Source: a virus
Taxonomy: Duplodnaviria; Heunggongvirae; Uroviricota; Caudoviricetes
Direction: 5' to 3' (one strand)
Virus record (IMG/VR): IMGVR_UViG_2693429601_000003
DNA: 5,163 nucleotides
Shown: positions 1 to 5,163 of the stretch, piece by piece
Layout: every line of letters begins with the position of its first letter
Numbering within the stretch: the first letter of the stretch is position 1
Notes under the pieces: model-generated
The model's input: only the letters and a program-made list of their open reading frames with translations
Databases searched by the model: none
Told to the model about the DNA's origin: nothing
Program-made: the position numbers and the translations under genes

Positions 1-115
1 GTCGCTGGTCGCTGGTCGCTGGTCGCTGGTCGCTGGTCGCTGGTCGCTGGTCGCTGGTCGCTGGTCGCTGGTCGCTGGTCGCTGGTCGCTGGTCGCTGGT
101 CGCTGGTCGCTGGTC
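1..115. repeat. Perfect tandem heptanucleotide array (GTCGCTG)x16 plus a partial 17th unit (GTC); abuts the window start so true length is unknown
   Basis: Read directly: 16 identical 7-bp units at 1-112, then GTC and divergence (TGGCA). No stop codon in any of the six frames across the array. Confidence 0.95.
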
Positions 116-124
116 TGGCAGCAT
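1..124 (-). CDS. Partial ORF (start in window, 3' end beyond window start) encoding MLPD followed by heptapeptide repeats (QRPATSD)n; hypothetical repeat protein
   Basis: Minus-strand ATG at 124..122 preceded by AAGGA with 7-nt spacing; reads in frame straight into the heptamer array. A second ATG at 132..130 in another frame has a poorly spaced SD. Product unrecognised. Confidence 0.25.
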   Translation of the reverse strand, partial: MLPDQRPATSDQRPATSDQRPATSDQRPATSDQRPATSDQR

Positions 125-171
125 AAAATCATCCTTTTATGAAAATCAACGTTTTTTGAGCACTCGCACAC

Positions 172-215
172 AAAAAATTACCGCATTGGTTGCAACGACA
201 ACCTTCATTTTGCGG
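172..215 (-). terminator. Candidate intrinsic terminator at the 3' end of the hok transcript
   Basis: Minus strand: CCGCA...TGCGG stem (with nested GGTTG/CAACC hairpin) followed by TAATTTTTTG; lies about 85 nt downstream of the hok stop. Confidence 0.3.
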
Positions 216-298
216 AGCATATGACAAATAAAGTACGGGTGCGTTGAGGATGCCAGACACATCAGAGGTGGCGGGAGATTACTCCCCTGCCTGGTCTC

Positions 299-454
299 TT
301 ACTTCTCAGATTCGTAGTCTACGAAGACAGCGACCTCCGTCTGGCCGGTTCGGATTCGTACCTCGCAGAAGTCTTTCCTCGTTACCAGTGCTATCACTAC
401 GACGGTAATACAGATGACGATCAGGGCGATTAACATCGCCTTTTGCTGCTTCAT
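299..454 (-). CDS. hok: Hok/Gef-family type I toxin (small membrane-active host-killing peptide), 51 aa
   Basis: Hand translation gives MKQQKAMLIALIVICITVVVIALVTRKDFCEVRIRTGQTEVAVFVDYESEK, nearly colinear with HokD/RelF as I recall it. AAGGAG sits 5 nt upstream of the ATG; hydrophobic N-terminal helix followed by conserved C...C periplasmic tail. Missing from the ORF track, presumably because of its size. Confidence 0.85.
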   Translation of the reverse strand: MKQQKAMLIALIVICITVVVIALVTRKDFCEVRIRTGQTEVAVFVDYESEK

Positions 455-457
455 AGC

Positions 458-511
458 CTACTTCTCCTTGCCTTTCGGCACGTAAGAGGCTAACCTAAGT
501 TTGTAAGTCAT
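458..511 (-). CDS. Possible 17-codon leader ORF (Mok-like coupling peptide) ending 3 nt before the hok start
   Basis: ATG 511..509 with GAGG 8 nt upstream; encodes MTYKLRLASYVPKGKEK; its TAG stop (460..458) lies inside the hok Shine-Dalgarno. Speculative. Confidence 0.2.
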   Translation of the reverse strand: MTYKLRLASYVPKGKEK

Positions 512-575
512 AGATTTGGCCTCAGATTAATGTTAAGCGTCCTGCAAGACGCGTAATGTTAACTGGGGCTTTTCT

Positions 576-611
576 CTGTCTGCCTTACGGCTGCATGCCC
601 GAGGCAGACAG
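576..611. other. Stable stem-loop in the Q-hok intergenic region (9-bp perfect stem CTGTCTGCC/GGCAGACAG, 18-nt loop containing a GCATGC palindrome)
   Basis: Inverted repeat 576-584 / 603-611 read directly. No U-tract on either strand, so probably not an intrinsic terminator; could be an RNA element of the hok leader or part of the Q utilisation/late promoter region. Confidence 0.3.
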
Positions 612-653
612 CCTCAAGCACCCGCAGCTATTCTACAGTAAAAACTCGCGCTT

Positions 654-1079
654 TCAATTTCCCGCACGTCCGGCAAACTGACTGGCCTGTGATCCTGATG
701 GTTCACGCTCAACGTACCTGTCCATTTCCAGCTTTACTCCCTGCATGATCAACATCCCCTCAATAACACCTTCTGCTTTTTGCAGTACCCGCCCGGCCCA
801 GCAATCAGAGCGCCCATGCTTACGGCCCAGTGACATAAGCGTCATCCCGAACACATAATAATCATACAGAAAATCATGCAAATCGCTGTTGTTGACGTTC
901 AGTTGCGCCATGCAATTGCTGATAATCAGCGCATCGTCATCGGTACACTGAGGCCGTGATTTAACCTTTGACGGGATCAGCCCCTTAAATCCGGCGGCAA
1001 TGGGCGACCAGCTCACATCCTCATGATTATTGGCCACCCATGCGCCCCAGCGTTCAAGCACCTGCTGAATATCACGCAT
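654..1079 (-). CDS. Phage antitermination protein Q (QuuD-like family), 141 aa
   Basis: [22 protein letters not shown]... matches what I recall of the DLP12 QuuD-type Q antiterminator. I place the start at the internal ATG 1079 (SD-like AAGGGGAAAG upstream, 8-nt overlap with the ninH stop) rather than the track's 1163, which would overlap ninH by 92 nt. Confidence 0.85.
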   Translation of the reverse strand: MRDIQQVLERWGAWVANNHEDVSWSPIAAGFKGLIPSKVKSRPQCTDDDALIISNCMAQLNVNNSDLHDFLYDYYVFGMTLMSLGRKHGRSDCWAGRVLQKAEGVIEGMLIMQGVKLEMDRYVEREPSGSQASQFAGRAGN

Positions 1080-1272
1080 CAGAGTCTTTCCCCTTATCCC
1101 ATCCACGGTGAACCATAAGGACACCGTTGACGACGGCGTGCCGTTTGCCTTCTTTATCGCCAATATATTTTCTGACCGTGTTGCGACTACAGTTCAGTAT
1201 TCTGGCTACCTCGGTCTGATTTTCATATGCCTCAACGAGCATGTCAGGAATGGTTTTTACTGTGAACGTCAT
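1072..1272 (-). CDS. ninH: NinH, small HTH DNA-binding protein of the lambdoid nin region
   Basis: [36 protein letters not shown]... closely resembles lambda NinH. GAGG SD; the start ATG overlaps the ninG stop (ATGA). Confidence 0.9.
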   Translation of the reverse strand: MTFTVKTIPDMLVEAYENQTEVARILNCSRNTVRKYIGDKEGKRHAVVNGVLMVHRGWDKGKDSDA

Positions 1273-1874
1273 GCGGCCTCACTTCTGCTGTTTCGCAGGT
1301 CTTTGAGTTTCTGTTGGTACTCTGCCTTGATGGCCCTGCACTCTTCGACAGTCCAGCGATGGCGGTTATGGTTTGATTCGATTTCGTCTACTGCTTCCTG
1401 CCCGATGCGGTTAATCAGTTCGACGCGATACGGAACGAGATTTCCGCTTTTGTGCTGGTTGCACACCACGCATTGCTTGTGAATATTGCGTTCATCAAAT
1501 CGGAGTTGAGGCGCCGCAGCAGTTGTCCGGTAATGTCCGGCATCCCACTGAGCAGACGTGAGCGTTCCGCACGAGATACATGGTAAGTCGCGGTCTCTTT
1601 CTCTGATGAAGGCGTTTACGGCTTGTTGGGCTTGTTTAATCCAGTAACTGCGGGGCTTTAAGGCGAGTTTTCGAATCTTAATTTTATCTTTCTGTTTCTG
1701 CTCCTCTCGTCGTCGTTTCTTCTCTGCTGTTTTTTCCGCCTTTTCGCGTTCTTTATTTCGTCGTTCGAGCGCTAATTTAGTTCCGTGTTCCGGGCTGCAC
1801 CACCACTGATTTGAGAATGCCGGGTGAAACCATTCCTTACAGATTTTGCATTTCCTTCGCGCTGGTTTAGCCAT
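1269..1874 (-). CDS. ninG: NinG / Rap recombination-associated structure-specific endonuclease
   Basis: [30 protein letters not shown]... and the cysteine/histidine pattern match lambda NinG (Rap). GGGGAGG SD; the start overlaps the upstream stop (TAATG). Confidence 0.9.
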   Translation of the reverse strand: MAKPARRKCKICKEWFHPAFSNQWWCSPEHGTKLALERRNKEREKAEKTAEKKRRREEQKQKDKIKIRKLALKPRSYWIKQAQQAVNAFIRERDRDLPCISCGTLTSAQWDAGHYRTTAAAPQLRFDERNIHKQCVVCNQHKSGNLVPYRVELINRIGQEAVDEIESNHNRHRWTVEECRAIKAEYQQKLKDLRNSRSEAA

Positions 1875-2602
1875 TAAGCAGCCTCCCCTGTTACTTTAAG
1901 CATTCCGTTATCTAGCAGCTTTCTTGTCAGCCACTGTTGACCACGCCCGGTGATTTTTGTGGTGAACGATATCTGTATTCCGTGATTTGTGTTGACCGCT
2001 GTTTCTTTCACTGTGAAATAGCCACGATCCATATATTCCTGCATTGGCACATTGCGCCGGGAGCCTGAAGCAATAAGGATTTTGTGATCGCGCATCCACG
2101 CAAACAGTTTGTTTGGACCAATACCAACAACCTTTGCAAAGTTTCCAATCAAAATTCCGCTGGACTCGCCAACGCGATCGGCAAACTCAACTTTAGGTGC
2201 TGCGAGAGCAAGCTGTTTCTCCAGTTCAGCCTTCTGGTCTTCAAGGTCGGCCGCAAGGCGCAATGCCTCAGAAAAGGTTTGTGGTATTTTCGCGGTTGCC
2301 CCTTCGAGTTCTCGCCAGCGGTCAACAAGGCGAGCGGTGAATTCCGGCGACAACTGGGCAACGACAATAATGCTGTCGCGCTTACCTTGTTCGCCCTCAA
2401 AAACGTAAGCCTCTACGCCACGAAGTAATCCTAAGTTATTGATTTTTTCGAAAACCACCATTGGGGGATTTCGGATCACACCTCGAACCGCCAGTCGTTC
2501 AATGGATTGTTTCACCTTGTCATGACGACTTCCCACCAACTCAGCGATTTCAATGCTTGTCATTTTGATGGCATTGCTATTTATCAGCTCATTCATTGTC
2601 AT
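1874..2602 (-). CDS. Roi-like phage DNA-binding/antirepressor protein (Rha-type N-terminal domain, KilA-C/ANT-type C-terminal domain)
   Basis: N-terminal [24 protein letters not shown] is Rha-like; C-terminal [37 protein letters not shown] is KilA-C/ANT-like. GAGAGGA SD before the ATG at 2602. Confidence 0.8.
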   Translation of the reverse strand: MTMNELINSNAIKMTSIEIAELVGSRHDKVKQSIERLAVRGVIRNPPMVVFEKINNLGLLRGVEAYVFEGEQGKRDSIIVVAQLSPEFTARLVDRWRELEGATAKIPQTFSEALRLAADLEDQKAELEKQLALAAPKVEFADRVGESSGILIGNFAKVVGIGPNKLFAWMRDHKILIASGSRRNVPMQEYMDRGYFTVKETAVNTNHGIQISFTTKITGRGQQWLTRKLLDNGMLKVTGEAA

Positions 2603-2629
2603 GTCCTCTCACATTGAAAATTCAGTAAT

Positions 2630-2657
2630 AAAAAACCCAGCCGAAGCTGGGTTTGTT
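2630..2657 (-). terminator. Rho-independent terminator (potentially bidirectional) between the ORF6N gene and the roi-like gene
   Basis: Minus strand reads AACAAACCCAGC-TTCG-GCTGGGTTTTTT: GC-rich stem, UUCG tetraloop, six U. Plus strand has the same hairpin followed by TTTGTT. Confidence 0.7.
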
Positions 2658-2670
2658 AAGTTGTCAATTG

Positions 2671-3348
2671 TCAGTAGCGATGCAGTGAAGGCGGCAACTC
2701 TTTGTTCTTAAGCCTTACCCATGCGGAAAGGTTCGTTGGTCCGTCTGGCTCATTAATATCAACATCTCGTGTGTGGTTGATTAAAACATCTCTCGCCATT
2801 CCGATAACATACGAAAACTCATGACCGTAGTCGTAGCATCTGCCGGAATAGTTCGATTGAATTTGTTTTAGCGCCGGATACAGTTCGCGGAATAATGCCT
2901 GTGAGCGGTTAGCATAATCCCATAACCATACAAGGCTGTTTGCTTCTTTTGCGGAAAGCTCGTTGGTGCTCTTCTCTTGTTTGCCAGTATTTTTCTTGCA
3001 CTGGCTGAAATAGCAGTCTTCCAGTTTTTCGAACACATCCCACGCCTGATCGGTTTCGAGCATTTTGGCGTGACGGGCTGCTCCGCGTTCTGTCCAGAGG
3101 ATGAGGGAGCGGGCATTTTTACCAACTAACCCGATTGTTTCGGGTCTGTTCTTAAACTCGCGTAATTCGTTTTTTTCAATTTTAAAGTAATGCTTTCCGG
3201 GCATGAATCGCGTCGTGTTGTTCAGAAAGTTATCAGAAATGTTTTTGATTTTTGTTCCGTAAAGGTGAGCCAACAGTTCAGTAGTAATTACGGGGATCTG
3301 GTTATAGGTAACAGGGGAAAGGTTTTCGACAGAAATTTGAACAGCCAT
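2671..3348 (-). CDS. ORF6N-domain protein (antirepressor-like N-terminal DNA-binding domain) with an unrecognised C-terminal half
   Basis: N-terminal [48 protein letters not shown] fits the ORF6N pattern; residues ~120-225 have no match I recognise. GAGGT SD 4 nt before the ATG at 3348. Confidence 0.8.
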   Translation of the reverse strand: MAVQISVENLSPVTYNQIPVITTELLAHLYGTKIKNISDNFLNNTTRFMPGKHYFKIEKNELREFKNRPETIGLVGKNARSLILWTERGAARHAKMLETDQAWDVFEKLEDCYFSQCKKNTGKQEKSTNELSAKEANSLVWLWDYANRSQALFRELYPALKQIQSNYSGRCYDYGHEFSYVIGMARDVLINHTRDVDINEPDGPTNLSAWVRLKNKELPPSLHRY

Positions 3349-3389
3349 AATGACCTCGCGTTTCGATAATTTTTACCTCGCCACCGTCA

Positions 3390-3431
3390 GGTGCTAATCA
3401 TCGTGGTGGCGAACTGTGCGGGGTTAGCACT
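3390..3431. promoter_or_regulatory. Candidate operator: imperfect inverted repeat GGTGCTAATC-N22-GGTTAGCACT upstream of the ORF6N gene; a third direct copy of GGTGCTAATC lies at 3555-3564
   Basis: Exact 10-mer GGTGCTAATC occurs at 3390-3399 and 3555-3564; an inverted 8/10 copy at 3422-3431. A weak sigma70-like pair on the minus strand (TTAGCA at 3397..3392, A-rich -10 around 3375..3369) overlaps the motif. Confidence 0.25.
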
Positions 3432-3512
3432 ACCGGTCGAAACATCCGGCGAGCCTTTCGGCTCCCCCACACAGCCCGCCATAAATCGCGAATGTGACTG
3501 TGCTTAGCGCAT

Positions 3513-3533
3513 AAAAAAACCGCCAGCGCGGTT
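3513..3533 (-). terminator. Candidate rho-independent terminator downstream of ninE
   Basis: Minus strand reads AACCGC-GCTG-GCGGTT followed by seven T; short stem, so moderate confidence. Confidence 0.4.
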
Positions 3534-3623
3534 ATGCACCGTTTCGATATCCGGGGTGCTAATCCCGACGCCAGATTTTGCTGGCGCGTGAGGAATATAG
3601 CCCCGAATAAATCATCGCGTCAA

Positions 3624-3806
3624 TCACCTTGTTTTCCTCGCACGATGTCTTAGCCACCGGATATCCCACAGGTGAGCCGTGTAGTTGAAGGTTTTTACGT
3701 CAGATTCTTTTGGGATTGGCTTGCGTTTATTTCTGGAGCGTTTCGTTGGAAGGTATTTGCAGTTTTCGCAGATGATGTCGGTGATGCTTCTTTGCTGTCG
3801 CCTCAT
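3624..3806 (-). CDS. ninE: NinE, 60 aa
   Basis: [60 protein letters not shown] resembles lambda/DLP12 NinE. Start at the internal ATG 3806 with CAGGAGGG SD; ATGA overlap with the upstream dam stop. The track's 90-aa call is an upstream extension. Confidence 0.85.
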   Translation of the reverse strand: MRRQQRSITDIICENCKYLPTKRSRNKRKPIPKESDVKTFNYTAHLWDIRWLRHRARKTR

Positions 3807-4293
3807 GCCGCCCTCCTGACGCCCTGCCCGATCGCCATCAATGCCGCTTTGGATACAGTAGTAAACATTCGTCGAGGACTGATGAACGGTCGCCAAATCA
3901 GCAGCATGGAGCCTTTGCTGTTTCCCTTCTTCTCCAGCCCTGTCGATGGTTCGATAAAATTAATCCGTCCATCAGTGATAATGCGAACTTCGTCGACACT
4001 CTCCAGAGCCTTGCTGAACCATCCGACTGACATATCCTCTGGCACAAGCATCACTACCGTCTGTCGCTGTTGTATGCACTGCTCAGCGGCTTTTTCCACC
4101 CACGGCCTGATATTGCTGTACGGTGGGTTATTCCAGATTGCACCGTGGCTTATCCACTCAGAATTTAGCGCGTCGTCGGCCTCAGTTAAGAATCCAGCCA
4201 GAATCCAAACTCAATATCCAGTGCATCAAAAAGCCAAAGCGGCGTTTGCCAGCAGTCCTTGTCGTGTGATGGCGTATTTGATTTGATAGTCAT
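3803..4293 (-). pseudogene. Dam-family (phage-type) DNA N6-adenine methyltransferase, disrupted by a frameshift
   Basis: ATG 4293..4291 (ATGA-coupled to the ninB stop, AAGGGAGAG SD) opens a 35-codon frame MTIKSNTPSHDKDCWQTPLWLFDALDIEFGFWLDS that stops at 4188..4186. The catalytic part (…AIWNNPPYSNIRPWVEKAAEQ…VVMLVPEDMSVGWF…, NPPY motif) continues in another frame from 4210 to the stop at 3805..3803. Confidence 0.6.
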
Positions 4294-4736
4294 GCAGCTC
4301 TCCCTTTTCGTTGTGACCATTCATACTCTCGCCAGGAGTCATCACTCCACCGCACGTTGCGCTCTGAGCCGAACCAGAACATGATTTCGATAAGCTCAGT
4401 CATGCTGGCCTTCCGCATTTTGCTGGTACGCACGCCAAGCATGACAACGCCACCGTCGATACCAGGCACACTTCGTTGCTCCAGTTTTTTGGTCTTAAGC
4501 CACAGGGCAGTGAACAGGTCTTTCCAGTCTTCCGGCGCCAGCCGTTGACCATGCCATAGCACCTGACGCGAAACATCGTTCAGCATCGGCCACATACGGT
4601 CATTCTGCGCTTTGCTGCGCTTGGGTTCTTTAACGTGGACTTCGTGGGGTGACTTGTCGTCGATGGGTAGTGAGAGAATGGCGTCTATGGCGTTATTTCT
4701 GATTGCTTCGTTGCGAAGCAGAAAGGTTTGCTTCAT
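4290..4736 (-). CDS. ninB: NinB (Orf-family recombination mediator; DLP12 YbcN-like), 148 aa
   Basis: MKQTFLLRNEAIRNNAIDAIL…NDRMWPMLNDVSRQVLWHGQRL…WSDDSWREYEWSQRKGRAA is colinear with lambda NinB as I recall it. Start at the internal ATG 4736 (GGAG about 8 nt upstream); the track's 182-aa call is an upstream extension. Confidence 0.9.
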   Translation of the reverse strand: MKQTFLLRNEAIRNNAIDAILSLPIDDKSPHEVHVKEPKRSKAQNDRMWPMLNDVSRQVLWHGQRLAPEDWKDLFTALWLKTKKLEQRSVPGIDGGVVMLGVRTSKMRKASMTELIEIMFWFGSERNVRWSDDSWREYEWSQRKGRAA

Positions 4737-4929
4737 CTCCTGCTCTCCGGTTCCATTTTTCAGCCGCCGCAGCAACTGATGGTGCCCATGCCCCCCTGGC
4801 TTCACAGAGGTCACATTCTGCATAGCCCCACACATCAATATTTATTCCGGCCTCAACCCACAGACGAGCATTACCGCCGCAAAACGGACATTCTTTTAGC
4901 TTTGGCTGGGTTAATGATAGGTCGCTCAT
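4693..4929 (-). CDS. Lar-family restriction alleviation protein (RalR-like), 78 aa
   Basis: MSDLSLTQPKLKECPFCGGNARLWVEAG…YAECDLCEARGAWAPSVAAAAEKWNRR carries the CPFCG…C..C…WN.R pattern of Lar/RalR. Strong SD AAGGAG 5 nt before the ATG at 4929. Its 3' end overlaps the ninB start by 44 nt in another frame. Confidence 0.75.
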   Translation of the reverse strand: MSDLSLTQPKLKECPFCGGNARLWVEAGINIDVWGYAECDLCEARGAWAPSVAAAAEKWNRRAGDEANLSASQRSNQK

Positions 4930-4939
4930 GCTCACTCCT

Positions 4940-5155
4940 TCACTTAAAATCCAGACTCCGGATAATTCTGTTGCGCTGAAACTCATTGTTGAGTTTGAAC
5001 AACCGTCGAAGAACACGGTCACGCGGATAGCGTCGTGCGGCAGGTGAATGCTCATACAACTCATCAAGCGGCAAACTGGACGATGAACGATACCGATACC
5101 AACGCACCAACTCTTCACGAAAATTAGCCCTGACAAGCTCAGCTATCGTACTCAT
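4940..5155 (-). CDS. Hypothetical small Arg-rich protein (71 aa), unknown function
   Basis: ORF from the track; same strand and tight spacing with downstream lar (its stop lies in the lar SD region). Only a weak AAGAA SD is visible before the window ends; no family recognised. Confidence 0.4.
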   Translation of the reverse strand: MSTIAELVRANFREELVRWYRYRSSSSLPLDELYEHSPAARRYPRDRVLRRLFKLNNEFQRNRIIRSLDFK

Positions 5156-5163
5156 TTCTTAAA

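Noticed and set aside
1-115. Heptamer array as a CRISPR array or as Chi sites
   Set aside because: Units are contiguous 7-mers with no spacers, so not CRISPR. The array contains GCTGGTCG, one mismatch from Chi (GCTGGTGG), so it is not a Chi cluster.
455-653. Q-dependent late promoter (PR'/qut) or Sok-like antisense promoter in the Q-hok intergenic region
   Set aside because: Only weak hexamer matches (for example TTAACA with TATGAC at 18 bp) that conflict with the leader ORF; I could not assign a promoter or antisense RNA with confidence from sequence alone.
654-1163. N-terminal extensions in the track's minus-strand calls (Q to 1163, ninE to 3896, ninB to 4838, lar to 5136)
   Set aside because: The extensions overlap the upstream gene by 44-270 nt in another frame and add residues absent from the family members as I recall them; internal ATGs with SD sequences and stop/start coupling give family-typical lengths.
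1108-1482. Plus-strand ORFs (1108..1482, 2084..2428, 2109..2408, 3672..4286, 4357..4548, 4728..4979)
   Set aside because: All are antisense to minus-strand genes with recognisable phage homologues and good ribosome-binding sites; none has a recognisable product or convincing SD. Treated as shadow ORFs of the coding strand.
2661-2673. Perfect TTGACA hexamer (minus strand) and TTGTCA-A-TTGTCA direct repeat at the ORF6N stop, as a promoter for the roi operon
   Set aside because: No acceptable -10 element at 16-19 bp spacing; that position is occupied by the terminator stem. Probably coincidental.
1908-3125. Nested minus-strand ORFs 1908..2099, 2149..2400 and 2868..3125
   Set aside because: They lie entirely inside the roi-like and ORF6N genes in alternative frames, with low-complexity Arg/Ser-rich translations and no start context.

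Overview
This window reads as the delayed-early 'nin' region and Q antiterminator of a lambdoid (lambda-like) enterobacterial prophage, with every supportable gene on the minus strand. In transcription order (high to low coordinate): small hypothetical ORF, Lar-family restriction-alleviation protein, NinB, a frameshifted Dam-family adenine methyltransferase, NinE, intrinsic terminator, an ORF6N-domain protein forming a terminator-bracketed cassette, second terminator, Roi-like Rha/KilA-C protein, NinG (Rap), NinH, Q antiterminator (QuuD-like), then a Hok/Gef-family type I toxin gene that is absent from the ORF track, and finally a perfect (GTCGCTG)x16 heptanucleotide array that runs off the window start. 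Several genes are linked by overlapping stop/start codons (ATGA, TAATG). No rRNA, tRNA, CRISPR array or transposase was seen. All protein identifications are from my recall of family sequences and motifs, not from database searches; coordinates and codons were checked by hand against the sequence.
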